From assembly GCA_965235115.1 (NCBI GenBank), contig OZ249440.1, positions 9,238,001 through 9,302,000 of the forward strand: a DNA stretch of 64,000 nt. Direction: 5' to 3'. Below are positions 1-12,239 of the stretch, one piece after another. The notes below the pieces were generated by a model. That model saw only the letters and a program-made list of their open reading frames with translations. It had not been told where the DNA came from and ran no database searches. The stretch comes from Laetmonice hystrix (lineage: Eukaryota). The translations under genes and the position numbers were made by a program. The stretch's first letter is position 1. Each line of letters starts with the position of its first letter.

Positions 1-626
1 CCAGTCACGTAAACCGGTGGGGTGGAGGGAAGGGGGAGAGACGCTCCGAGCTACAGGAGGAGCAGGCAGGTCGTGTAAGAAGTATAGGCTGAGTGGGATT
101 TGGTTCAATAGACGTGGCCCAGGCCTGCTGATGTATGTAATGTAAGGAGTGTGCCGTACTCGGCTGGTGGTCCCATGTCGGGGGAGTGACTACCGCCAGT
201 ACGTGTCACATACAAACATGGTCAGTATAATATAGTCAGACCCCGTTTATCCGAACAGCCATGGGTCTCGATAAATGTGCGGATTGTGAAGCGGACGGAT
301 TAACGAATCATTTTTTGAATAGAGAACGGTAGGAGAGGTTACTTGTAGTTTGCTCGGATTGTGGGGTGTACGGATTAAAGAAGTACGGTTTAACGAGGTT
401 GTGTATACTATCTACGTGTTTTTAATATTTATACTGCAATGTCCATGTGTGTTCGCATATAGCGTATAATATATACATGTATATATAATATATTGCGGAT
501 ATTGAACGTGGCCACCTAATGTGTCTGACCACTGGCCGATCCCAGACATCTGAGATAGGTATCTGGAAACCAGTCCAGTCACACACCCCTAGCCCGTCCC
601 TCCCTCCAACCTCGGGGCCTACGTCC

Positions 627-657
<31 letters not shown>

Positions 658-1705
658 CAACCTCAGCCTCCTCTTCTCATGGCTGGCTCTCTAGCGGTAC
701 AATTGAAATCGACCGAGGGTGATTAATGGTATATTCTGTAAGCTCTTCTTCTCCCAAGATTGTCCAATATAATGAAACTGGCACCAGTCTACCCCCTGCT
801 ACTTAACCTTACACTCGTGCTGTCCCCCACCGTCAGTAGTACCCGACAATGGTACGCAGCCGCAGGCTAACTTTCTCTCCATACACTTGTATGTCTCACA
901 CTCAGTTGTGAACCCGACGTGCTATAAGCCTGATCAGCGATGCCAAGTCGGCTTTGATCTGTTATTTCCCCCAGACAACGTAGGCAAGTTGTATGACCCA
1001 CCAGTGGCAAATGTTTGTTTGAGACCTTAAAAGGGGAGGGAGTTGGCTTTATTGATTCCCGGCCGGTCTGCAGTGCCATATTGATTATTGGCCAAATTAT
1101 GTAGATTACTGGTACATTACAGCTCCTGGTATTGAGGTGTGAGGTAGGGTCTGCCGCGGTACTTAATCAACTTAGACGAGTGCGGGCCGGGTCGTGGGCC
1201 GGGGCCCAATGTAATCAAGTTTATACCGGGGAAGGTCGACCCATATGGGCTCCGTAACCGTTAACGTTGTGAGGTGGATTACTCAAGTGGTCGCATCTTT
1301 ACAACGTATGTCTGGTGTCGTGGGGCGCGTGCCCGATTGACTGATCGCGACACCGGCAAACCTCACGCCTGGCCCGCCAACACTTGATCTTCATTGTTTG
1401 CTGGCCCTGCAAACACTACCGGTAGCCATCCCAACTGATGTTCACTGTTTCTTTCACTTGCCCGTCCTCCTGAAAGTAGCCTGTTTCCGAAGCCATTTCC
1501 ATTTGTGTTAACAATATTTGGCGTTGCGGCAGCCGTTGTGGTGTTATGAAATGATGATTGGTGAGTGGGTGCAGAGAGATGGCACTGGTGGATATAGATG
1601 TCGGGACGCCCTACTAACTGAATAGACCGGGGCTGGCCATGCAGGGCTAAGCCTAAAGGCTGAGATGTTCCGCATCTTCTGGTATACGTTCTGGTATGAC
1701 AGCTA

Positions 1706-2480
1706 TGATGGGCTCAGAAGGCTGACACAGCACAAGACGTCCGGGATGAGCCAAGGCTGGCAACATGAGTGTTAGAAATGGAACCAGAAGGCTGGCAACA
1801 TGACACGGTGTTAGAAATGGGGCCAGAAGGCTGGCAACATGACACGGTGTTAGAAATGGGCCCAGAAGGCTGGCAACATGAGTGTTAGAAATGGGGCCAG
1901 AAGGCTGGCAACATGACACGGTGTTAGAAATGGGCCCAGAAGGCTGGCAACATGACACGGTGTTAGAAATGGAACCAGAAGGCTGGCAACATGACACGGT
2001 GTTAGAAATGGGCCCAGAAGGCTGGCAACATGAGTGTTAGAAATGGGGCCAGAAGGCTGGCAACATGAGTGTTAGAAATGGGCCCAGAAGGCTGGCAACA
2101 TGAGTGTTAGAAATGGGGCCAGAAGGCTGGCAACATGAGTGTTAGAAATGGGGCCAGAAGGCTGGCAACATGACACGGTGTTAGAAATGGGCCCAGAAGG
2201 CTGGCAACATGACACGGTGTTAGAAATGGGCCCAGAAGGCTGGCAACATGACACGGTGTTAGAAATGGACCCAGAAGGCTGGCAACATGACACGGTGTTA
2301 GAAATAGACCCAGAATGCTGGCAACATGACACGGTGTTAGAAATGGGCCCAGAAGGCTGGCAACATGACACGGTGCTAAGAATGGGTCCAAGAAAGCTGC
2401 CAACAACACAAGAAACAAGAGACGGATCCAGAAGGGTGGCAACCCCACAAGGTGTCTGATATCAACCCAGGAGGGTTGGC
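1706..2480. repeat. Minisatellite with 39-bp (GTTAGAAATGGGCCCAGAAGGCTGGCAACATGACACGGT) and 35-bp variant units, ~18 copies, with degenerate flanks
   Basis: The tandem units are directly visible at 1752-2445. Diverged copies lie at ~1706 and 2420-2480. Confidence 0.97.
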
Positions 2481-3409
2481 ACTATCAAAAGGCGCAAAAA
2501 GTTAAGACTCATGTTCCAACCTCTAAGGCACCAGAGATGGAGCTATGAGTTAAGGGGACGGCCGTTGACCCATATTCCTTCAAAACATCCGTTATTGAGG
2601 GGCAAGCCGGTCGTCTCTTGCTAACATTAGAAATGTGATGCAGAACTCTGGTGTTAGTCAGATACATTCTGTTTGATGGAGTTAGAAAACTTCAGTGTTG
2701 CATTGATAAGTTTCGAAATTTCCATAATTGACAAACCCAGAGAGAAGTGCGTGCCAGATGTGAAAGGGAAGGTGTTTACTTGATTACCATAATATCAATG
2801 TGTCCATATCTGAACGCCATCTCTAAATGTAACCACATTGACCTCAAAGAGATCCATTCATTCTGGCATCCATATGTACATTTTAATCCCCACAAAAGAC
2901 CATTCTGTATCCATAAAACAACATTCCACCAGATTGTTCAGTTTGGGAGGAGGAGTTTAATCCAATAGAGATGTCAGACAGAGTGAGGACTATTCATGAT
3001 CGGGGGAGGGGGCGAATGGGGGCGGGAGGGATACAAGTCTAGGGGGTCAGTTCTCGTTCTTCTTACGCAGTTGGAGGATTTTGACCCAACCCAGGCCAAA
3101 CTCCCCCCCCCCTCCTCCACGGTCCAGGGTTGGCCTTACCGCTGTCCCCCGTGGCCCGAACCTCCCGCCAGCAGTGTGACCTGTAGAGTTTGTTAAGGGG
3201 GACTAACGAGGAGATGAATTTGAGCAGACAGAACAATACGCTCTTCGTGCCCTCAGGGCCTCGGAACACTAGCCCTGCCCACTGCGTCGGTAACAGTTGT
3301 TTTATTGCTTTAGACTTAATGATATACATTAATTTATGGGTTAATTTATATATTTATATAACGTTCTGAATGAGTCTGAAATCCGGCAGTATGAGTTGGT
3401 AGTGGTTTG

Positions 3410-4925
3410 TTAGCAGGGCGTTGTGGGGGCCGTCTACTGACCAGGCACTGACAGACTCCAAGAGGATTGTTAGCAGGTCGTCCACTGACCAGGCACTGAC
3501 TCCAGGAGGATTGTTAGCAGGCCGTCCACTGGCCAGGTACTCCAGGGGGATTGTTGGCAGGTCGTCCACTGGCCAGGTACTCCAGGAGGATTGTTGGCAG
3601 GTCGTCCACTGACCAGGCACTGACTCCAGGAGGATTGTTAGCAGGTCGTCCACTGACCAGGCACTGACTCCAGGAGGATTGTTGGCAGGTCGTCCACTGA
3701 CCAGGCACTGACTCCAGGAGGATTGTTGGCAGGTCGTCCACTGACCAGGTACTCCAGGAGGATTGTTGGCAGGTCGTCCACTGACCAGGCACTGACTACA
3801 GGAGGATTGTTAGCAGGTCGTCCACTGACCAGGCAGACAGACTCCGGGAGGATTGTTAGCAGGTCGTCCACTGACCAGGCACTGACTGACTCCAGGAGGA
3901 TTGTTAGCAGGTCGTCCACTGACCAGGCACTGACTGACTCCAGGAGGATTGTTAGCAGGTCGTCCACTGACCAGGCAGACAGACTCCTGGAGGATTGTTA
4001 GCAGGTCGTCCACGGACCAGGTACTCCAGGAGGATTGTTGGGAGGTCGTCCACTGACCAGGCACTGACTCCAGGATTGTTAGCAGGCCGTCCACTGACCA
4101 GGCACTGACTCCGGGAGGATTGTTAGCAGGTCGTCCACGGACCAGGTACTCCAGGATTGTTGGCAGGTCGTTCACTGACCAGGCACTGACTCGTTCACTG
4201 ACCAGGCACTGACTCCAGGAGGATTGTTAGCAGGCCGTCCACTGGCCAGGTACTCCAGGAGGATTGTTGGCAGGTCGTCCACTGGCCAGGTACTCCAGGA
4301 GGATTGTTGGCAGGTCGTCCACTGACCAGGCACTGACTCCAGGAGGATTGTTAGCAGGTCGTCCACTGACCAGGCACTGACTCCAGGAGGATTGTTGGCA
4401 GGTCGTCCACTGACCAGGCACTGACTACAGGAGGATTGTTAGCAGGTCGTCCACTGACCAGGCAGACAGACTCCGGGAGGATTGTTAGCAGGTCGTCCAC
4501 TGACCAGGCACTGACTGACTCCAGGAGGATTGTTAGCAGGTCGTCCACTGACCAGGCACTGACTGACTCCAGGAGGATTGTTAGCAGGTCGTCCACTGAC
4601 CAGGCACTGACTGACTCCAGGAGGATTGTTAGCAGGTCGTCCACTGACCAGGCAGACAGACTCCTGGAGGATTGTTAGCAGGTCGTCCACGGACCAGGTA
4701 CTCCAGGAGGATTGTTGGGAGGTCGTCCACTGACCAGGCACTGACTCCAGGATTGTTAGCAGGCCGTCCACTGACCAGGCACTGACTCCGGGAGGATTGT
4801 TAGCAGGTCGTCCACGGACCAGGTACTCCAGGATTGTTGGCAGGTCGTTCACTGACCAGGCACTGACTCGTTCACTGACCAGGCACTGACTCCAGGATTG
4901 TCAGCAGGCCGTCCACTGACCAGGC
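3410..4925. repeat. Minisatellite with 40/44/48-bp units (core CCACTGACCAGG..ACTCCAGGAGGATTGTTAGCAGGTCGT), ~34 copies, with a higher-order duplication
   Basis: Units are directly visible. Diagnostic variants recur at offsets of 629 bp (3782/4411) and 677 bp (4141/4818). Confidence 0.97.
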
Positions 4926-6536
4926 AGGTTTGATGACGGTCGGACAGCTCCCCAGGCGGCCATATGACCCACCAGATCGTCCTCTAATTGGCGGGTCTGT
5001 GCTCTGATGTAGCGGTGGTGTGTGTGGGAGGGGGGCGGTCTCCGCATTGGAACCGGAGTGGGAGGGTCGCTGGGCGGCCAGAGTCGGACAAGGACGCAAA
5101 TATATCAGTCGTTGACATCTCTCAATAGAATTTTATGGACGTAAAATTACGTTGACAGGCCTACAAGTATTTGAGGACTGTGTCGGGGCCAGCTGGTGAG
5201 ACAGTCGCATAAAAACCACGGAGATTGTGCTCAGTAGCGGACGTATTTTGGTTATATGCGGTTATTTGTCACCATAAGTTGGGTTGAGAACAAGTGTAGA
5301 CCAGCTGACATTGTCTTGTCTCCAGGACCTAGCTGTGTGTGGGTGACTGTGGGTGACAGTGTGTAGGGCAGTCAGTCCGTACTGTGGCGTACCAGGGGCC
5401 CGGTCCCCAGTTCTACCTGGCACTGTGCCCACCCGGCCGGAGCCTTGGGGGGGGGGGAGGTGAGGGTCGGTCCACCCGTGGCCCCAGGTCCACAGCCCCC
5501 CTCGCCCCAATGTCTGGACCGTTACCATAGAACCACGGCCACATGTCGGGGGAGGAGTGGACATCAAGATATACACGTGATGAACGAAGGCGAACGAAGT
5601 TCGTGTTCGCCCCTAGCCGGCCAATAACGTCGTCAAGTGACCGAATCAGTGACCCAACGGAACGCTGTATGATACACACGACCGGTAGGGGGTGCTGTCG
5701 TATGTCAAGGTCCAAGAAAAGAGTTACGAATGTTAATTAGTGCTATTGATATTAGCGCTGGTTGCGACAATCATCCGAAGATGGATGCTGTTTCAAGCTT
5801 TTAATATGACCAATGCCTGGCGCTTTGAAATCCATAATCTTTGTGGAGAGAGGGCCTTTGTTTTTAAAGCGTTTTATCGGAAGCTTTTCATGGCAGTCTT
5901 GTCAGATGTTGGGATTGGGTTTACCAAGGCTGACAGTATCATCTGGTTAGTCTTCTCGTGGCGAGGATTGTACTAGCAGGCAAGGTGTAACCAACGAACG
6001 TGGCCCCTGGTAAAAATATCAAACGGTTATTGAGCAATTACCCCCCCCCCCCTGGGGAGGAGGTCGTCATAGCGAGGGTTGTGGAGGGATAGAGTATGGT
6101 TGGCATTGGCCAAGTGTGACAGTTTGAAAGGGATCCAAATGGATTCATTCAGAGGTCTAGGCGTAATTAGTGGAGTTTATATTGATGACTTATGACAGGT
6201 GGCCCAGTGTAGCCTGGCTTGATGTAAGTGTTCAGTTGCCAGCATCCTTTGAAGCGGTAATGAGTGCACGTTAAGCCTAGAGGCTTACATAATAACCCTT
6301 TGTATGCCAGTCGTCGCGTTAATATTAATGGACCACCTCGGATGTAGGCCGCATGGAATCAATCCGGGTATTTGTTATGTAAGTCGATAGACCATAAGAC
6401 CATACGGTTTGGATGGTGCGGTTCAGTCGAAGAAGATAAAGAACTTTATAATTGTAAACATGAGCGAATGTCTCACTCTGTGAGAAATTCGTCAATTTCA
6501 TTCAGGCTCTGTAATACATCACTCTTAGATATGGCC

Positions 6537-6686
6537 ATGGTAAACCTAACAATGCAGCACTGTTAAACCTAACTCTTAGGTCTTACAACAATGTAGCAAT
6601 GGTAAACCTAACACACAACAAGGTAGCAATGGTAAAGCTAACACTTCGGTGTACAAGGTAGCAGTAAACCTAACACTTACAACAAG
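6537..6686. repeat. Degenerate tandem repeat (GTAAACCTAAC core, ~5 copies)
   Basis: GTAAACCTAAC and close variants recur with irregular 25-40 bp spacing. Confidence 0.75.
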
Positions 6687-6857
6687 GTCAGATCAATGGA
6701 AACAACAACACGTACACGCTCAGTCTGGGACCAGCACCAACACGTGTGCGTGCCGAGTCTGATGACGACACCCTATATGTGTGCAGGACAAGGTATAGCA
6801 ATGAAACTTTGGCGTGTTTGGAAGTGTGTGTATGTGGGGGGGGGGGGGGGGGGGGGG

Positions 6858-7069
6858 GTACACGTACCTGCACTGGTACCTGTAACAGTAGCCCCGCCGA
6901 CCTGGCTAGCATACACGTACCTGTACTGGTACCTGTAACAGTAGCCCTGCCGGCCTGGCTAGCGTACACGTACCTGCACTGGTACCTGTAACAGTAGCCC
7001 CGCCGGCCTGGCTAGCGTACACGTACCTGCACTGGTACCTGTAACAGTAGCCCCGCCGGCCTGGCTAGC
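6858..7069. repeat. 53-bp minisatellite, 4 copies, abutting a G23 tract
   Basis: Units start at 6858, 6911, 6964 and 7017 (GTACACGTACCTGCACTGGTACCTGTAACAGTAGCCCCGCCGGCCTGGCTAGC). Confidence 0.97.
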
Positions 7070-7249
7070 ATTGACGGGCGATTATATTTCACTCTGTACA
7101 TCTGGTAAATAGAAAGGTGTGACCAAAAGCTGTAGGTCCGATGTTTTTGGATGTCGCGTCTGTTGAAAGCGACACGAGCACAGATAGTTCCATTTGTAAG
7201 TTCGTCAATAAACAAGTCAGTCTTTATTTTCAGCGTTCGTCACCAAGTC

Positions 7250-7800
7250 AACCCACACAGGCTGTTGTGTGACCACTGGTCAGCTGGTCACGGAAAGTGA
7301 ATGATGACGTGTATTGACCAAGGCCGGCTGGATATACTGGACAAAGCCACACAAAGCGATCAGTATATGGCTCACCATGCAGACTATATGGATATAAATA
7401 GCCTGAATCCGGAGAGCCGGGAAACTAAAGTTCTTGTGGGTCTGTTGGTTCGATTTTTACAGTGGTTTTTGATACAAAATTAATTTGTACTTCCTTAGAA
7501 AAAGTTTGCTTTAAATTACACTGGCAGTAGAGGTTATGCAACAGTAGGATTTTACCGAGTTATTTGCACAACATAAACTGCAGGCCATGGATATCCGGGT
7601 CATATTGAAATCCCTCTTATAATTCTTTGTGCTGCTTGGCATTCCGTCCTAAAACCGCATTCATTAGCATTTAAAGGCCCTTTTAGGATCGCCTTTAACC
7701 ATGACGGCAAACAGATAAACCTTGGCCGGGTAATTACAGAGAAAGAAGACCACATGGGTCTAACTTGTTATTGACGGGCGTTATTGCACAATGAAATGGA
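7250..7800 (+). mobile_element. YR retrotransposon relic (RNase H end / YR start)
   Basis: ORF 7301-7483 ends MDINSLNPESRETKVLVGLLVRFLQWFLIQN (cf. VxxINxxTS..MxLLRxL), followed by YATVGFYRVIC (cf. YxxxWxxFxxFC). Confidence 0.35.
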
Positions 7801-7921
7801 AATCTTTCATTAGTTGCTGTGCCTGTCGTCATGTGACGTTGGTTGTGGGTTTGTCATGACATCAGGGGCGAACAAGGGGAGATTTAACGTGGAGAGTGAA
7901 ACTCTTCCAGTGCGTGTAATC

Positions 7922-7966
7922 GAGGAGGAGCAGGAGGAGGAGGAGGAGGAGGAGGAGGAGGAGGAG
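7922..7966. repeat. (GAG)n microsatellite
   Basis: About 15 GAG units with one CAG interruption. Confidence 0.95.
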
Positions 7967-8204
7967 GGGGAGGGGGCAACACCCGCTAGTCGTTATGATT
8001 GAGATACCAACCCCACCTTGTGCAGCACATATAAAGGTCCTGCTGTCCGTGAATATACTGCTATCTCGGCCGGAGTCTGTGATGGGTTTTCAGCCGAGTG
8101 GAGAGCGGCTGTGTTGTGGGGGAGCAGCTGGTGGTGGTGGTGGACACCACAGATGTTATCAGCCATAGCCCGGTGTGGGTCCGGGGGGGGGGGGGGGGGG
8201 GTAG

Positions 8205-8590
8205 GTACCACGTGTCCTGTCGCCAGTGGATGGTTACATACAAGGTGTGTGTGTGTGGGGGGGGGGGTGTACCACGTGTCCTGTCGCCAGTCGATTGTTA
8301 CATACAAGGGGGGGGGTGTACCACGTGTCCCGTCGCCAGTGGATTGTTACATACAAGGTGTGAGTGTGGGGGGGGGGGGGGTAGGTACCACGTGTCCTGT
8401 CGCCAGTGGATGGTTACATACAAGGTGTGTGTGTGTGTGGGGGGTGTACCACGTGTCCTGTCGCCAGTCGATTGTTACATACAAGGGGGGGGGGGGGTAC
8501 CACGTGTCCTGTCGCCAGTGGATTATTACATACAAGGTGTGGGGGGTGTACCACGTGTCCCGTCGCCAGTGGATTGTTACATACAAGGTG
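8205..8590. repeat. Minisatellite: ~40-bp constant core (GTACCACGTGTCCTGTCGCCAGTGGATTGTTACATACAAGG) plus variable G/GT spacer, 7 copies
   Basis: The core is repeated 7 times. Spacers are G-runs and (GT)n of different lengths. Confidence 0.95.
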
Positions 8591-8989
8591 TAGTGTCAAG
8601 GCCGGTCAGAGACTTGTGTCACCTGTATTTGTCTGTTTACCTAACCACCTACGACCTCACTCCTACACATGACCCCATTCTCACTGCCCCACTGCCGTCG
8701 TCGCCGCCACTGGCCCACATTTGAATGCGATTATCTGTACAAATAGTAGATCCTCACCAACATCGCCACAAAAATTGAGCACAAGAACTATAAGTCCAGT
8801 AGACCCCCCCCCCCCCCCCAATATAAATAATCTCTAGTTATACACCTACCCTAAATTCGAGGGATGCTACCATAGTGAAATTACCCTTCAAACCCCTACA
8901 GCTTGTCCCGTAATTATCGCGTCTGGCAGTCACATAATCCCTTTATTCAAATGGTTGCGCATGGCTGATCTAATTGTTATATCTTGGAG

Positions 8990-9390
8990 ACATACCAGAA
9001 CAGTTGAACATAGGTTATCTTTCTCATTGTGAAGGTTACCGTGAAGGACTTATCCAATCAACGTCAAGTAACGCTGATAAGATATGTGCACACATTGGCG
9101 GATTTTTAAAAAATCATTTGTTTGTGTGTATGACATTAGCAGATCGTCAATGTACGGTAGGCTTGCGTGAGTCCAGGCCAGCCGCACCTGAGTACCAGAG
9201 CGAAGATTGCTTGCTGCAATGGTATCCATCATAGCATTGCTTCATTGTGGAGTAATTAGTGCTGTCATTATGTGTATCTGGCCATTTAACCTGCCGTAGC
9301 AACCACATCCATGCATCAGGCGGCCCTAATGCAGTGTATGTCCTACCGTGCAGCGCCGTGCCCATCAACTGATAAACTCAACTTTCTCTA
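8990..9390 (-). mobile_element. Reverse transcriptase relic, DIRS-like
   Basis: ORF 9050-9232 contains ASNLRSGTQVRLAWTHASLPYIDDLLMSY (YxDD motif). It continues IG*VLHGNLHNEKDNLCST (cf. LGxxINxEKSxLxPT). Confidence 0.4.
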
Positions 9391-9799
9391 GTACATTAAA
9401 CTATCAGGCAAATTGCCATCTCATGCTAGATGATCGCGAGAAACTTTGAATTCATGTCCCGAGTACATGTAGTTAGACTCGATCCGAGCCGCTGTCCCGC
9501 CGGGAGATTTTTGTCTGTGAATATTTCATTGCGATTGTCTGCCAGGATATAAGAGTAGGTTAGGTAGTCGGCTGTTTTAGATGTTTGTATAAAGTAGGTT
9601 ATCATGGGAAGGATCTGTCAATGATGAAGGGAGGAGGGATGGAGGCGGGTTGTTGTCTGGTGTCAGTGGTTGTAAGGCCAGTGTGACGACAATGTGTTAT
9701 CCAGACCGACATGATAGCTGACCTTGTATGGTCAGAGTGTATCAGGAAGTTCCTCGTGTGAACAGGTAGGCCTGGTTGATCTCACCTCACTATTCCTCA

Positions 9800-12100
9800 G
9801 GCTTGGCCTCAATCGGGGCGATAAGGAAAGAGCAGGTCAGAGTGCACATAGATGGTGTAACACTGGTGGGAGTGAGGGGGGAGGAGTGAAAGTGTGGTGC
9901 AGCAGTAGGGGGAGGGAGCACAGGCTTGGATCTGGGCGGAGCCTGGCAGCCGAGTGGGAGGACACATTGTGACCGCTGTGCCGACCAGCGCTGGGATGCT
10001 GGAGGCTGGTTGGTCGGTTTGAGCGGCGCGCCTCGTGCCAGCGCGCCGCGCGCTGCAGGTGTACGTCAGGCAGGGAGAGCAGCAGCAGCAGCAGCAGCAG
10101 CCGCCTGTGATCAGGGCAGTGCATGCCGCCGCTAGAGCCGACACTGCCGTCGCTGTCACCTCCTTCACAAGCCCACGCCCCCTCCCAGCGTAGCCCCCCC
10201 CCTCTCCGTTGCGAATCCATTGCAACACATACTACAATATGATATTGTAATTGGGCCAGGTCCACCCCCTCTGACCCCCTGTCCCATTGTAAACTCCAGA
10301 GTGGATTCAACCAGCTTGTAGCATAATTCGGCTGTGGAGCGATGAAACAAGGGAAGCCTGCATGGCTGGCTGGCTAGTTATGTATGAATGCCTCACGTGC
10401 ATTGTCCGCCGAGCCACACACCAATAATACATAAATCATGATGGTATCGCCGCTCAATATATGGGACGGCAGCGAGACTCTCCGCCAGTGAAAACACACG
10501 CAGCCATGGCGGCAAACGGACTGTGCCTGCAGACGGAGCCCCTGTTACTTTATCCTGCCGTACCCCCTCCTGTAGCCCTCGGACCCCCTGTTTACACAGT
10601 ACCCATGGTTCGTATACACCTTCTGGACTTACCAACCACTTTTCAGGATTTTTGGTGCGCGCAGTGATGTTTTTGGCAGTGTTTTGATGTGTCGTATGTG
10701 CCGATGATTTCAGTCAGTGTTGGAACCTAACGCTCAGAGCCTACCTACTACAGTGGAGCGGCGGCGGGCGGGAGGAGCGGCGATGGGACGGTGGCGAACA
10801 CCGCTCCCCGCGCTTGCTCTCTCTCTGTCTCTCTGTCTCTCTCTCGCCCGCCCTGCTCGTTCCCACCGAGCGGAGTCTACGGGTGTTTTCTCCACACAAA
10901 AGCAGGGTTGGGCCCAAACTACGGCCAGGACATCTGCTGACGGTATATTCGCAGCGAACACAAGCCAAGCGTGGAGAGGAAGGGAGCCGACCACGACAAA
11001 GCCTTCAGAAAGGCAGTGGAGCGTGCGACAGGCCAGGAATAGTATCGGGGCAAAGCGGGCTGCGTTCGCTGGCTGGCTGGCGGGCCGGCTCCAGCAAAGA
11101 GATAGTTGAGTCGGTTTATTAACGAGGCGCGGCGTGGCCGGCCAGGCTGCCAGCGTGGCCTTCTCATCACCGGCCGGTCCAGGAAGATTTCCACAGGATG
11201 TGTTCGGACAAAGCTTTACTTGTGTTTTTGAGTGTTGCAGCAGCCAGGACAAGGAGCCTGTTCACCGACTGTGGTAGTGATGGTGGCGGCCACCGGTGTG
11301 TTGGGGGGAGAGATGTTTGGGCGACGGTCGTGGGAGAGGGAAGGTGCAAGGGGGCCAAGGTTCAACTTGTGGCATGGCCCACATCTCGGGTGGGGGCCGG
11401 CCGGCATGGCCGCCGTCCCAGGTGGCTGCCAGGTCGAACCTGAACCAAGCCAGCGACGTCTCCCAAACACCTGGCCCGGTATGACTTGCCAAATACCTCC
11501 ACACCCGGGACAAACGGCCGCCAAAAGGACTCCGTCTCTGGATTCACTGATTGTGTAAAGGACGGTAGAGGAAGGAGTTTTGTGTGAATCATACTGTCCA
11601 TGTAGGACGGCCTCCATGTATGGCCTGTCGCTGACCCTCGTGTGGTGGTGCAGAGGCAGTGCATGTATCTTGGTGTTGACCTGTTTTGTGGTATGTGTGT
11701 GCATGGCTTCACGAGGACTGTACGGAGTGCAGTGGCAGAGCTGGGTTTGAGGGACGGTGAGAGTACCAAAAGTGACCGGGAGGATGATACGTGAGCCAAG
11801 TGTGGGTTTGTTTGTGAGTAGTAGACTGATTGTGTAAATGAAAGGGTCCTGGTCGGAGAGGATGTGACATTGAACGAGCGTGTGCATGTGAAATGTTGAA
11901 TGGAGGTATGAATCACCTCCCCGGCTTGTCGCCCCTCGATGGCCGGGAGAGGCGGCCAGGACCTTGTATGGCTGTGTGAAAGCAGTGTGTGTGAAGGGGA
12001 CTATGACACTGGCATGGCCGTCCAGGCTGCCCCGTCGTCCCAGACCAAGTGTGTGTGTCTGCTTCAATGTGACCTGTATGGTGGGTTTTTGCTGAATGCA
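9800..12100 (-). mobile_element. YR retrotransposon RT relic (GC-rich)
   Basis: In minus-strand order: VIVPFTHTAF..LAASPGHRG (cf. GPF..PPF..SPxG), RTLHCLSEGFVVVGS (cf. LHYLDDFLxVG), LCKQGV..QDKVTGAPS (cf. LCxxLG..EKxxGP), PCLTYTCSARRAGTRR (cf. GxLxFAC..GRxFxRR). Confidence 0.4.
10078..10101. repeat. (AGC)8 microsatellite
   Basis: Directly visible. Confidence 0.9.
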
Positions 12101-12239
12101 ATGGGAAGAGAGTGTATTGCGAACTGTGTATTGTATGTGAACGTGAGGTTGTGGTGGTGAGCAGAGTGATTGTGTGGATTGGGAGGATGTGGAGGGGGGG
12201 GGGGTATTTGATAGCCAGATCATTTGTTCTGTGTCCTGA

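Larger units (their letters stand above)
900..6500 (+). mobile_element. Decayed near-full-length Ngaro/DIRS-type YR retrotransposon, split by two minisatellite arrays
   Basis: Colinear relic motifs. gag-like RGGSWLY* (1032-1055; cf. GGxxWxxYD). RT N-terminus GVYLITIISMCP..NHIDLKE..TTFHQIVQFGRRSL (ORF 2747-2968; cf. RLIxxLSxP..SVN..D..GxG). QGWPYRCPPW..ASSVTC (2996-3196). RKITLTGLQVF (5140-5172; cf. KxTLxELQSL). YR N-terminus AWRFEIHNLC..LFMAVL (5740-5976). LCKSIDHKTIRFG (6372; cf. SKTDQF). By-eye matches only. Confidence 0.5.

Noticed and set aside
1653-4852. Many ORFs with repeated peptides (CCQPSGPISNTVS, LEMGPEGWQHDTV, SAWSVDDLLTILLE)
   Set aside because: These are translations of minisatellites whose units lack stops in some frames. 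They have no splice context or unique domain. The same applies to the ORFs at 6688-7215, 7993-8724, 25599-26053, 50992-51588 and 61795-62297.
9837-10310. Signal-peptide-like ORF MHCPDHRRLLLLLLLLSLP with GC-rich promoter-like surroundings
   Set aside because: The poly-Leu is simply the (CTG)n microsatellite. Another frame shows RT-relic motifs, and there is no convincing donor site or downstream domain.
10506-10667. Strong Kozak ATG (GCCATGG) opening a 53-aa ORF; a YPW-like hexapeptide nearby
   Set aside because: No recognisable protein, no good donor, YPWF rather than YPWM, and the antisense strand fits an RT relic.
11216-12223. Longest ORF in the track (335 aa)
   Set aside because: It is a low-complexity product of G/T strand skew, not a plausible host protein.
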